Part shown: one piece after another, positions 50,641 through 63,400 of the stretch | Position numbering within the stretch: position 1 is the stretch's first letter | Layout: the number at the start of each line of letters is the position of its first letter | Origin: Hypanus sabinus | Taxonomy: Eukaryota | Length of the DNA: 64,000 nt | NCBI RefSeq assembly: GCF_030144855.1 | Contig: NC_082731.1 | Location: 11,160,001 to 11,224,000, forward strand | Direction: 5' to 3' | Position numbers and translations under genes: made by a program | Notes under the pieces: model-generated | Told to the model about the DNA's origin: nothing | Database searches by the model: none | Seen by the model: only the letters and a program-made list of their open reading frames with translations

Positions 50641-50909
50641 GTGAGCACGGCAGAAATACGTGGCTGTATCTTCAACAATTAGATTCCTGATCTGCAGCGA
50701 AGAGGAGTTTGTTGGCTTGTTGAGAGATTCCGCATATCGTCCTCCAATCGATAAGGTTTCGTTATTGGTTTGACCGGGTCTTTGGCGGTACCAATGTGTG
50801 CTAAGCAGCTCACAGGTAGTATTTTTTAAAACACAGTTGATGGTCAGAGTTTCGCCAGTTTGTTTTGTTGCTTCTTTTGGTGTCTGTTCTACCCATACAC
50901 TGAAGGCAT
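50641..50909 (-). CDS. IgNAR: VNAR variable exon, type II-like (Cys22, Cys29 in CDR1, Trp36, Cys83), unrearranged
   Basis: Acceptor ttcctcccttcAG. Translates VWVEQTPKEATKQTGETLTINCVLKNTTCELLSTHWYRQRPGQTNNETLSIGGRYAESLNKPTNSSSLQIRNLIVEDTATYFCRAH, with VNAR hallmarks (TGExLTINCVL, ISIGGRY-like HV2, no CDR2). Directly followed by an RSS. Confidence 0.97.
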
Positions 50910-51016
50910 CTGAAGGGAGGAAAACAAATTTAATCATCACATATCTGAAGCAGCACAGGATGTAACATAAAATGAAATAGTAATCATAATTCTCTTTAAA
51001 AACGAACAGCACGTAC

Positions 51017-51059
51017 TCGGTAACCACGCTAAAAATATCAAAACACACAACATAATCAT
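51017..51059 (-). CDS. IgNAR: IgNAR leader exon (MIMLCVLIFLAWLP, phase 1)
   Basis: aaccATG context, hydrophobic 14 codons + 1 nt, donor GTACGT. A 107-nt intron joins it in frame to the V exon, giving the 18-aa signal MIMLCVLIFLAWLPNAFS, the same length as and similar to the nurse shark IgNAR leader (…LLPNVFT). Confidence 0.9.
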
Positions 51060-51149
51060 GGTTTCTTCACCACCAGAAAGCCTGTTAAGAAGAGAAAGTT
51101 CTAGACATCAGCGTCGGCTGTCTGTGCAACCTTGTGAAGGAGCAAAGAC

Positions 51150-51155
51150 TTTATA
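51150..51155 (-). promoter_or_regulatory. TATA box of the IgNAR V promoter
   Basis: cTTATAAAg on the minus strand, between the octamer and the leader ATG at 51059. Confidence 0.75.
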
Positions 51156-51175
51156 AGCCTCGAGAGTCTGGGCTC

Positions 51176-51183
51176 ATTTGCAT
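51176..51183 (-). promoter_or_regulatory. Octamer motif ATGCAAAT of the IgNAR V promoter
   Basis: Perfect ATGCAAAT on the minus strand, ~20 nt upstream of a TATA box and ~120 nt upstream of the leader ATG, in VH-promoter orientation. Confidence 0.8.
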
Positions 51184-52419
51184 AATGCAGAAGGCGTATC
51201 AACTACGATTATAGCTCGGTTAATGATATTCATTATATCCGATATTTCCATAATTACATTGGTGAAATATATGAGCATAAACATATGGATAGAGATATAG
51301 AGACAGAATACCGCACTGAATGTATTTCCATTCTTCTTTGCTTTATTATCTGGAGAGGGCTTCAAAAATGTCTTAAAAGCATCCATGAGTAACCGTCAAC
51401 AAGAGACAGCAAATGCACTAAAAGCCATAAATAATCACCATAAATAACTAAATAATATTCCTGTTGTTGCACTTTACTGTCTTGTGGTCTTCGTCTGTTC
51501 AATATTGGTAGTCAACATGAATCTGAGGCCAGCCGTTGTCAGGAAACTGTCCTTAAGTTTATTGTCAATGCTGGTGTCTTAGAATTTAGTGACCTCGCTT
51601 GCAGTCTATGTTCGTAATAATGAAGCAACACACAAGATTCTGGAGCAATTCGGCTAGACAGAAAACATTACTGCGAAAAAAGAACTCAGATGTGCTTAAT
51701 TCAGGGCAATAATCCGGGTCATTTATGGTCAGGAACAACGGAACAGGGAAAACACCACAGCTAGATTTAGGGACGCAGATCCTGTCAGGTTGTTTACTTA
51801 AAATATTTGTTCGAAATTCGAATAACATGGCAAAATACGACACGCATTTCATTATGAAGTGAAGGGAAGAAATAGATGGGCAACGAATGTGAATAATTAT
51901 CGACCTCCGAAGGACGATGTTACTCATAAGAATGTGTAACTTGAATGGAATATACAATTTCTAAGGAAACTACGATGGCGACAGGCGTGGCAAATTTAGT
52001 CAATAGGAAAAATAAAGCATTCATAAGGTTTAGGAGGAAAACATCGAACAGTGATACCGAGAAAATATAAAGAAGCCCGAAAAGACGTTCAGTATTAAAT
52101 TAGGAGACAGAGGGTGCTATAATCATATTTTGGCAAGGCGGACATATATATCAAGAGACAAGGGATAACTAGGACGAGGATAGAACCACTGACAGAAAAA
52201 GCAGGAAACATGTATTTGGAGAGACAGCAGTGCGGCTCTAAATGCGCATTTTGCGTCGGTTTTCACCAAGAAGAAATCTTTACAGGATAGTGAGATCAGA
52301 GTGGAGAATGCTAAAATGGTAGGAAATTTTGATATGAAATAGATCACTTTAAAATCACTACTTCGAAGTCTTGTGGAGAGAGGCGATAGGTGCAATTACC
52401 GTTCACCAACAACTTTGTT

Positions 52420-54060
52420 TAAGTTCAAGTTCATTGTCATTTGTCTGTACAACCCAAATAATATAACATTCAGTGCAGTTAGACCACCGTGCTTCAACAT
52501 AACAGATATCACACAGCACGTCAACCAAAGTATTATACTATAAATGAGTTAATATATAATTGAAAGTGAATGTTGTAAAACGCTACACGTGCAAACAGTA
52601 AACTGCTCTCAGGCCTATTAACGGGACCTCAGGAGTGGCAGAGTATTCATAAGTCTCACAGCCTTCAGGAAAAAAAGCTGTTACCCTGTGTGGCAGAACT
52701 TTTCCTAACGCTTCTTTACCTCCTTCCGGATGGAAGTGGGACTAAGAGATTGTGGGTTGGGTGGCAGTGATCAACAACGATGCTTCTGCTAAGTATCATA
52801 TATGGGTTGGGGTGGCTTGTGGGAGACCCCCAATGATCCTTCCGGCTGGTTTGGTTGTCTTCTGATCTTGCGCCCTGTTGCCTTGGAGCTTTGGTACCAA
52901 ACAATGATGCAGCCAATATGACACTCGACGGCACTTCTGTAGAAAGCTGTTAGAATGGCAGCGGGAGCCTTGCACGCCTCAAGTTCGCATGAAAGAGCTG
53001 CCGTGCCTTCCTAACTAGTAAAGAGTTGTTGTACGTCCAGGGTAGATAGTAAGTCATGTGCACACTGAGAAACTTTGCGCTCTTGTATCTCTTGTATCGC
53101 TTTAGCACAGCCAAAGGTGTGCAATGGAGAGAGGTCCACCTGTGCCATCCTGAAGACCACAATAATCTCTTTTGACTTATCCACCTTGAGACTCAGAATG
53201 TTATTCTAACAACACTTGAGATGCCTCTATACCCCATCTCTGAATGCTGATTCGTGATCGTTGCTGATGAAGCTATCCACTTCAGTATCATCAGTGAAGC
53301 TGGTGATGCGGGTTGAGATGAATCAGGCAGTACAGCCATGAGCCTGAAGCGTGAACAGCAGGCTGAGAATACAATCATGGGGGCATCAGTGCTTAGCATG
53401 ATGGAGCTTGAAATGTTCCAGCCAACACGGAGTGATAGGGGTATTTCCATCAAGACGTCCAAAGTCCAGTTATCGAGAGGGGTGTTGAGTCCCAACGAGG
53501 ACAACTCAGCCACCAACTGCTGAGGGATGATAATATTAAACATGGAGCTGCAGTCAATGAAAAACATTCTGGAGTACGAGGCATCCTTTTCCAAGTGGAC
53601 AAGACGGGCTGAGTCTATGGCACCATCAATGGCATATCAGTTTGAGCTGTAGGCGAACTGGAAAGGGTCCAATGTAGCTAAGAGGCAGGGTTTTATGCAT
53701 TCCATTACTCAGCCGCTCGAACCGCTTCGTGATTATTGAAGTCAGTGCCACTGGGTGACAGTCATTTACATCAGTTATCGTTGCTTCCAGGAGTATCGAT
53801 AGATGGTGGTTCCCTTGAAACGTGCAGGGCCAGTGGACAGTTTCAGACAAATAGAAAGATCTCCGTTAAGATCCCTGTCAGCTGGGCCGCCCAGATCCTT
53901 AGGGCCTGGCCAGGTATGTTGTCCAGACCTGCGGCATTGCATGGATTTACCCTAGATAGGGTTCTCCTCGCCTCAGCTGCCGCCAGTCATGGTGCCTGTT
54001 CGCCGCAAAGAGAGGGACCTTTCTTTGATGTCACATCACTTTATTGGTCAAATCATGGAT
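52420..54060 (-). mobile_element. Rex1/Babar-type LINE RT fragment
   Basis: YSRMFFIDCSSMFNIIIPQQL…PLDNWTLD and PVALTSIITKRFERL peptides. Confidence 0.8.
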
Positions 54061-54153
54061 AGACATTCAGCCTATTGAGAAGGAGGGCATCATCGTTGTT
54101 GATGCACTGTGTTGACTTACAATTGGTAATGCTTTGTATAACTTGCATTTTTG

Positions 54154-57100
54154 CATCTCAAGGAAAGTGTGAGTAGCCAGTGTTGTTCCTTTGTCCAAGA
54201 ATGGAGATGGCGATAATCTGGAAATAATAGATTGGTGGGTCTCATGTCCGTGGTAGGGAAACTAATAAGATGATTCTTAGGGACAGAATTTATGAGCATT
54301 TGGAAAAACATGGCCTAATTAGGGTTGGTCAGTATAGCGTTGTGCAAAAGCAGATCATGTCTGAGTAACATCATTGAGGTTTTCGAGAAGATGGAAGTGA
54401 TTGTTTCAGATAGGGATAGAATATATCTACGTAAGTTTCAGTGAGATATTCGACAAGACCATTCTTGGGAAACGTATAAAATATTAAGAAGCACTGCATC
54501 CCGAGTGACTTGGCCGTTTGCATTCATAATTCTGTTGCCTACAGAAGTCAGAGTAGTAAACAATGGCTCTTATTCTAGTTGCAAGTATGTCACTAATGTT
54601 CTTCTGTTCTAGGACTTTCGATGTTTGTGATTATATATACACACATATCGCTTTAACACAATGGTGGATGTGCGGAATAGTACGTTTGTAGATGGCAGGA
54701 AGGTAAGTGGTATTATGGATAATACAGAAGATTGCCAAGTGTTAGAACAGAAAATGGATCAGTTGCAGAAATGGCCAGAGAAAACTCAGGCAGAGCTTTA
54801 GTCCTGCAAATATAGATGCTGCACTCTTGAAGATGTAAAGTTCCATTTACACAGTTAGCGACAGGACCCTTTCAAGCTTTGAGGTACGGGGCGATCATGG
54901 GAATCCATGTCGACATCTCACAGTTGCAGCCCATTTGATAGCATAGGAAAGAAGATAAATGTCATGTTTGCCTTCATTAATCAGAGAACTGTCCAAGCTT
55001 CAGGAAGAAATGTTTCAGTAATGCACAAGTGGTTTAGGAGAATGCTGTCTGGATTAGATGGTATGGGGTATAAGGAGAGCTTGGAAAACTGAAATTGCTT
55101 ACTCTTGACTACCATGGCAAGAGAAAACCTGAGAACACTTATAAATTTATGGGAAGCATAGAAAGACCAAGCAGCCGAAATATTTTCCACAGTGCTGGAG
55201 GACATATATTTATGGTTTGAGGGAAATTTGAATAGAGATATGCGGCACATGTGTTTTACATGGAGAGTGATGTCTGTCTGGAATTCTCGACTCAGGCTGA
55301 TGGCAGATACAGATACAATGGAGATGTTCAGGATGGTCTTGCACAGTTACATAAAAATACAGAGAATTCTGTGTGCGTGTATGGGGGGTGGGGAGTGAAT
55401 CATGTGCTAGCCGAACGGATGAGTGTAATTATGCATTATTAGCTCAATTATAATTAAAAGTTCTGATTATTAACATTAACAATCAAATAAAATGACTTGA
55501 AATTATTATCATAAGCGTAGAATATAAAAGCCAGATAAGCAATAATTATAGATTTTGATTCTGTTTGACCCATCATGAGAGATCGTAGGGTTTTTTAAAA
55601 TTTTACATTGGTACAGTGGCGTTAGTAGTTACAAACTGATATACTCTGGAAATCAGTCCAACTTGTCGAAATATAGGAACAATCTAACGCTGAGACGTAA
55701 GTCATCCTTCTGAAGATCTGAGATTAAAGATTCAATCACAAATAAGCGATGATCTGCAGATGCTGGAGATCCAAGCAACACACATAAAATGCTGGAGAAA
55801 TTCAGCAGGCCAGACAGCATCTATGGCTGTAACCCGGAACATTGACTATACTTTCCATGGATGCTGCTTAAACTGCTCGGATTACGATTGTTGTAGTGAA
55901 AATAAATTTTAAAATGATGTCTTGGCACCGGATAGATTGAAAGCAGCACTCTCCAGTAGATTACTCCAGAATCTAAACTGCGGCTCGCGAATTACAAGGT
56001 TCTATTTAAGTGAATTGGGCATTAATCAAGGAAAGGTTAGTAGATTCAATGCGCAAATCAGAACATATCTTCATGTTCAACATATGCTTGGAGAACAAAA
56101 TGAAGAGATTGATGTGAAGAGAAATGTCTCCCTTGCTCTGGGTAAAAATCAGAATAACCTTGTTACGTTACATCACCAAATCCCCAAATTCCTACTTTTC
56201 GGAATATAGAATGCAAATACGAACAGTGCTTCAGACAATAATATTCATCACTTTTGTATTCCAACTTTGCAAAAAGCTCTTGGAATCTATGATGATTTCA
56301 CACAAAATTTGGCATTGTAATTCTCTGAGGAAATATGTTCCATGCCTTACAGTCTAATGGTCTTTTATATCGAAAGCGTTGATCTTTAAAAACGATGTGT
56401 ACCAGACAATCAATCAAAAGGCCCTCCCACATATTTCAATTGTCTTTCCAACTGAGGACCCACATAGAATATGGCAGGGGCTCTATTTACCATCATGATC
56501 CCACCAAGACCGTGAGCAGAATTTTACTCTCGGTTGCTTGTTGCAAACGTGCAAAATAGTTAACTCAATATATATCCGATTCTTTAACCTCCTAGTTCTT
56601 CTTAACACAAGAACACTTACATTATATATTCCTTTCTCAACTTTCCAAAACAAAGTGAAACTTCTCACACTGCCCAAAACTTTTATTTATTTACCCAAAT
56701 CCCTGTCTACCTCCGAAGCTCGTTACTCGCATGTTTATTCTTTACTACATTCTGGAATATTTATTCCTGTTAGTGACAAACGACTGAATAAATTGCACGG
56801 ACGAGGGAACCAAGATTGGACACCATGTTACGTGATAAAGCCGTGCCAATTTCATGGCGCTATTTAAGGTTGCCGAATCTTCTAACGGGCACAACGAAAT
56901 ACTTTATTATCACTTGAAGTTAATTGTGCTATCCACGTCAGTGAGATGACTAAAGAGCAGAAAGATTTAAAAACAAATTGAAACCAATATTCATAATTTT
57001 CACAGTCTAACAAGAACACTTTCGATTGATGGTATTGCCGTGACTTTAAATATGTTTATTCATGCAAAAGGCCTAATCTATTTCTTAATCCTTGGTACCA

Positions 57101-60100
57101 TATTATCACTGTCTTGATGTAACGAGGTTGATGCTTCAAAGCACCACATAGAGATTTGTAAAAACATTCATTATTTCTCTACAACATGGTGTCATGAAGG
57201 AACTGCCCAGTAAAAAAGTGTAACATGTGGAAGGAGCAATAAGTGACCCCTACGCACCCATCTGCAGTTGCAATCCGTTATCGCCCATCTGTTCTGTATT
57301 GGTGACCGCAACATCTGAGGTCGGGTTTGCCCCGTACTGCATTTAGAAGGAGGTGTTCACTTAAATTTCAGGAAGTAAAACTATGGGATGAATTAGTGAA
57401 TACAATTATACCACAGGATGGCAGATAGAATAGGTGGGCGGAGGCGGCAGTAGTCTTATACAGCTGTTTCAGTGAATGGAGCTGCCACCTGTACTGTGTT
57501 GAAAAATCAAAGTTACAAGCATATTCAATGTACATTCACGGTGATGGTGGACAAATGTAAGCATTTGATTTAATTGAGATTTTACCCTATGTCTTCTCAA
57601 TACATTTAGCTTGTACGGTGGCTTCGGAAATAATACAGTAATCAGTTTGTAACCGCTCTCCAATAAAATTCAGAAAGCCATATACACACATACCCAATAT
57701 TGTTTCTAGGCTCCAGATAAACACTGAGCAAAATTTTAAAACTCTGCGTCTCCAAAGAGTGATGGAATTGATAACGGAAAACAAGAAGTTGGCAGATGAT
57801 TTGTTAAAATATATATTTTGTGTCAGAGGTTACAGTCGAGAAAGTGTCAGAGACCAAAAAAAAATGTAAAGGATGGGAGCATTCGTTACAATTGCAATTG
57901 GCAGGTTAATAGTTCTTAAAGAATTCTTGCAGCACGGAACGGCAAGTCTCTGGGTTTGACAGACTCGTCGAAGAGATGGAAAAGTAGTGGCTTGTAAGAC
58001 GGCTTTTGACTTTTCAAAAACAATTCCAACGTAGTTGTGATTTCAGAGAAGAGACCTAAAGTTCAATCAAATATGCCAATCAAATGTCTCAAGTCCATGG
58101 AAAGAACTCTTCACATTTGTTCAGCTTTTCAGCATTCTATATGGAAAAACTACTATAAATGCAGTCCTGGGCCAATCAACTCTTCTGTAGATTTTTTCAG
58201 GTTTTTGAAATGTGATTTCAAGGAATGTGTATCTCAAGGAAGGTCTGTGTAGCCCGTGTTGCTCCTGTGTTCAAGAATGGAGATGGCGATAATTTGGAAA
58301 TAATAAATTGGTGGGTCTCATGACAGAGGTAGGGAAACAAATAAGATGATTCTTAGGGACAGAATTTATAAGCATTTGGAAAAACATGGCCTAATTACGA
58401 ATGGCCAGTATGGTGTTGTGCAAAAGCAGATCATGTCTGATTAACATCATTAAGGTTTTTGAGAAGATAGAGGTGATTTGTACAGATAGAGATAGAACAT
58501 GTCTATGGTTTCAGTGAGATATTCGACAAGACCATTCTTGGGAATCTCGTATAGAATATTAAGAAGCACTACTTCCAGAGTGACTTGGCCGTTTGCATTC
58601 GTAATTATGTTGGCCACAGAAGACAGAGTGTAGTAATCAATGGCTCTTATTCTAGTTGCAAGTATGTCACCAATGTTCTTCTGTTCTAGGACTTACGATA
58701 TTTGTGATTATATATACATACACATCGCTTTAACACAACTGTAGATGGGGGAATAGTAAGTTTGTAGATGGCAGGAAGGTAGGTGGTATCATGGATAATA
58801 CAGAGACTTGCCAAGTGTTAGAACAGAAATAAATCAATTGAAGAAATTGCAGAGAATACTCAAATAGAGATTTAGCCCTGCAAGTATAGATGCTGCACTC
58901 TTGAAGATCTAATGTAAAATCCCATCTACACAGTTAGCGACAGGATCCTTTCAAACTTTGACGTACGGAGCGATCATGGGAATCCATGTCGACATCTCAC
59001 AGTTGCAGCCCATTTGATAGGATAGTAAAGAAGATAAATGTAATGTTTGTCTTTATTAATCAGAGAACTGTGTTCAAGCATCAGGAAGTAATGTTTCAGT
59101 AATGCAGAAGAGGTTTAGGAGAATGCTGCCTGGATTAGAGGGTATGGAGTATAAGGAGAGCTTGGGAAATAGAAATTCTTTACTCTTGACTAACGTGGCA
59201 AGAGAAAACCTGGAAGCACTTATAAATTTATGGGAAGCATAGAAAGACTAAGCAGCCGAAATATTTCCCACAGGATCGAAATGTGCAGTGCTAGAGGACA
59301 TATATTTATGGTTTGAGGGAAATTTGAAAAGAGATATGCGGCGCATGTGTTTTACATGGAGAGTGATCTGTGTCTGGAATGCTCGACTCAGGCTGATGGC
59401 AGATACAGATACAATGGAGATGTTCAGGATGGTCTTGCACAGGCACATGAAAATACAGAGAATTCTGTGTGCATGTGCGGTGGGGGGTGAATCATATGCT
59501 GGCCGAACGGATGAGTATAATTATGCATTATTTGCTCAATTAGAATTAAAAGCTCTGATTATTAACATTAACAATCAAATAAAATGACTTGAACTTATTA
59601 TCATAACCGTAGTATATAAAAGCCAGATTAACAATCATTATAGATTTTGACTCTGTTTGACCCATCATTATAGATCGTAGGTCTTTTTTTAAATTTTACA
59701 TTGGTATAGTGGCGTTAGTAGTTACAAACTGATATACTCTGGAAATCAGTCCAACTTGACGAAATATAGGAACAATCTAACGCTGAGACGTAAGTCATCC
59801 TTCTGAAGATCTCAGATTAAAGATTCAATCACAAATAAGAGAAGATCTGCAGATGCTGGAGATCCAAGCAACACACATAAAATGCTGGAGGAACTCAGCA
59901 GTTTAGACAGCATCTATGGCTGTGACCCGAAACGTTGACTGTACTTTCCATGCATGCTGCCTGACCTGCTGAGTTCCTCCAGCATTCTGTTGTATTGCTC
60001 GGACTAACTATTGTTGTAGTGAAAATGACTGTGGAAATGAGGTCTTGGCACAGGATAGATTAAAAGCAGCAGTGTCCAGTAGATTATGAATCAAAACTGT

Positions 60101-62806
60101 GGCTCGCTAATTACAAGGTTATATTTAAGTGAATTGGGAATTAATCAAGGAAAGTTTAGTAGATTCAATGCGCGATTCAGAACATATCCTCATGTTCAAC
60201 ATATGCTTGGAGAGCAAAATGAAGGGAAGACGCTGCCTGCTTCCGAAGAAAGATGCATGTGAAGGGAAAGAACTTGCTTGCTCTGGGTAAAAATCAGAAT
60301 AAACTTGTTACGCTACGACACCAAATCCCCAAATTACTACTTTTCGGAATGTAGAATGTATAATACGAAGAGTACTTCAAACAAAAATGCCCATCACTTT
60401 TTTATTCCAACTTTGCAAAAACCAGTTGGAATCTATGATCCTTTCACACCAAATTGACATTGTAATTCATTGAGGAAATATGTTCCATGCCTTATTGTCT
60501 TATGGTCTTTTATATCTAAAGCGTTGAATTTTAAAAACGATGTGTATTAGATAATCAATCGAAAGGCCTTCCCACATATGTCAATAATCTATCCAACTGA
60601 GGACCCACAACGAATTTGGTAGGGGCTCTATTTACCATTATGATCCCGCCAAGACAGTGAGCAGAATTTTACTCTTGCTTGCTTGTTGTAAACGTGCAAT
60701 GTAGTTGAGCCAATATATATCCAATTCTTTAACTTCCTAGTTCCTCTTATCACAAGAACACTTACATTATATATTCTTTTCTCAACTTTCCAAAACAAAA
60801 TGATACCTGTTACGCTGTCCAAAAATTTTATTTATTTACCCAAATCCCTGTCTACCTCTGAAGCTCGTTACTCGCATGTTTATTCTTTACTGCATTCTGG
60901 AATATTAATTCCTGTTAGTGACAATGGACTGAATAAATTGCACGGAAAAGGAAACCAAGATTGGAGACCATGTTATGTGATAAAGCCATGCCAATTTCTT
61001 GGCGCTATGTAAGGTTGCCAAATCTTTTAACGGGCCCAACGAAATACTTTAATATCACTTGAAACTAATTGTGCTATCTGCTTCAGTGCAATGACTAAAG
61101 AGCAGAAAGATTTGAAAACAAATTGAAACCAATATTCATAATTTTCACAGTCTAACAAGAACACTTTCGATTGATGGTATTGCCGTGACTTTAAATATGT
61201 TTATTCATGCAAAAGGCCTAATCTATTTCTTAATCCTTGGTACCACATTATCAGTGTCTTGATGTAACGAGGTTGATGGTTCAAAGCAGTACATGGAGGT
61301 TTGTAAAAATATTCATTATTTCGCTACAACATTGTGTCATGGAAGAACAGCCCAGTAAAAGAGTGTAACGTGTCGAAGGACCAGTAAGTGACCCCTGCAC
61401 ATCTATTTTCAATTGCCATCCATTATCGCCCATCTGTTCTGTATTGGTGACCGCAACATCTGAAGTCGGGTTTGCCCCATGCTGCATTGAGAAGAGGTGT
61501 TCACTTAACTTTCAGGAAGTAAAACTCTGCGATGATTCAGTGAATACAATTATACCACATGGTGACAGATACAATAGGTGGGCGGAGGTGGCAGTAGTCT
61601 TGTACAGCTGTTTCTGTGAGCGGAACTGCCACCTGCACTGCGTTGAAAAATCAAAGTCATAAGCATATTCAATGAGCATTCACTTGATGATAGACAATAG
61701 ACAATAGGTGCAGAAGTAGACCATTTGGCCCTTCGAGCCTGCACCACCATTTTGAGATCATGGCTGATCAACTACTATCAATACCCGGTTCCTGCCTTGT
61801 CCCCATATCCCTTGATTCCCCTATCCAAAAGATACCTATTTAGCTCCTTCTTGAAAGCATCCCGAGAATTGGCCTCCACTACCTTCCGAGGCAGTGCATT
61901 CCAGACTCCCACAACTCTCTGGGAGAAGAAGTTTTTCCTTAACTCTGTCCTGAATGACCTACCCCTTATTCACAAACCATGCCCTCTGGTACTGGACTCT
62001 CCCAGCATCTGGAACATATTTCCTGCCTCTATCTTGTCCAATCCCTTACTAATCTTATATGTTTCAATCAGATCCCCTCTCAATCTCCTTAATTCCAGCG
62101 CAGTCTCTCTAACCTCTCTGCGTAAGGCAGTTGGATGTTGGACAAATGTAAGCATTTGATTTAATTGAGATTTCTTCTGTGGCTCCTCAACACATTTAGC
62201 TTGTACGGTGCCTTCAGAAGCAATACAGTGATCAGTTTGCAACCGCTCTCCAATAAAATTCAGAAAGCCATATACACACATTCACAATATAGTTTCTGGG
62301 CTCCAAATAAACACTGAGCAAAATTTCAAAAACTCTGCTTCTCCAAAGAATGATGGAATTAATAATGGAAAACAAGAATATGGCAGATGATTTAAAATAT
62401 ATATTTTGTGTCAGAGGTTACACTCGAGAAAGTGTCGGAGACCAAAAAAATGTAAAGGATGGGATCATTCGTCACAATTACAATTGGCAGGTCAGTAGTA
62501 TTGAAACAATTGTTGGAGCACTGGACGGCAAGTCTCTGGGTTTGATAGATTCGTCGAAGAGATGGAGAAGTAGTGGCCAGTAAGGCGGCTTTTGACTTTG
62601 CAAAAACAATTCCAACATAGTTGTGATTTCAGTGAATAGACCTAAAGTTCAATCAAATATGCCATCAAATGCATCAAGTACATGGAAATAACTCTTCGCA
62701 TTTGTTCAGCTTTTCAGTATTCTATATGGCAAAATTACTATCAATGCAGTCCTGGGCCAATCAACTCTTCTGCAGATTTTTTCAAGTTTTTGAAATGTGA
62801 TTTGGT
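54154..62806 (+). repeat. Tandem duplication of a ~4.08-kb unit (A ~54154-58228; B ~58229-62806 including a later CR1 insertion)
   Basis: Colinear high similarity over the full length (54195~58272, 55200~59290, 56480~60625, 57240~61385, 58150~62735); roughly 85-90% identity by eye. Confidence 0.92.
61690..62130 (-). mobile_element. Young CR1 3' fragment inserted only in duplication copy B
   Basis: atagacaatagacaataggtgcag tail; LRRLRGDLIETYKI…RTRGH-type peptide; absent at the orthologous site ~57545. Confidence 0.85.
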
Positions 62807-62899
62807 CCTTCGGTAGTTGATGGGTCCGTGGTGAAGTAGATAAGCAATAGATACTAGATAAGCTACTGGGTGACGTAATCTCAGAGCAACTATCCTGGG

Positions 62900-63400
62900 C
62901 CAACACATTGATGGAATCAGGAATTAGGCACTTGAGGAGATTTGGGATATCACCAAATGTTTCAGCAAATTTCTACATATGCACGGTGGAGAATGCACTG
63001 ACTGGTTTTATCGTGTAGTCTGTTGTAGTTGCTTCAATGTGAATTATTGAAAGAGGCTGCTGAGGGTTAGAGGCTCAGTCAACTCTAGCTCAGACATAAT
63101 AGTTCCACCATCATATATATCTTCCTCAGGCAGCATCCATCATTAAGCATTCTCACCATCTGAGACATACCCTCTGCTTATTATTGCATCGAGGAGAAGT
63201 AGAGCCTGAACACCTACTCTGTGCCATCAAGTATATGAACAATCCTTGAAACTATCAACACAATCTTGTTATTCTGCTTGTGTTTGTTTGTTTATTTATT
63301 GTAAGTTATAATAATTTATGTCTTGTACTATACCTTTGCTATAAAACAACAAATTTCACAATGTCAGCGATGATAAATATCACTGATTCCAATTACATTC
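62900..63400 (+). mobile_element. Degenerate Rex1/Babar-type LINE 3' fragment
   Basis: ttgaggagatttgggatatcaccaaatg…gcacggtggagaatgcactgactgg resembles other copies in the window. Confidence 0.6.

Noticed and set aside
50641-50909. Alternative identity as NAR-TCR V, IgW or IgM
   Set aside because: Three Ds, one J, IgNAR-type C2/C4/C5, a secretory tail and an IgH-type TM follow; there is no supporting TCR-delta V or C, and the V lacks CDR2.
56483-56677. Paired ORFs (FWKVEK…YN) with a GTAAGT donor in both duplication copies
   Set aside because: Similarity simply reflects the duplication; no good acceptor or known domain, and the N-termini diverge.
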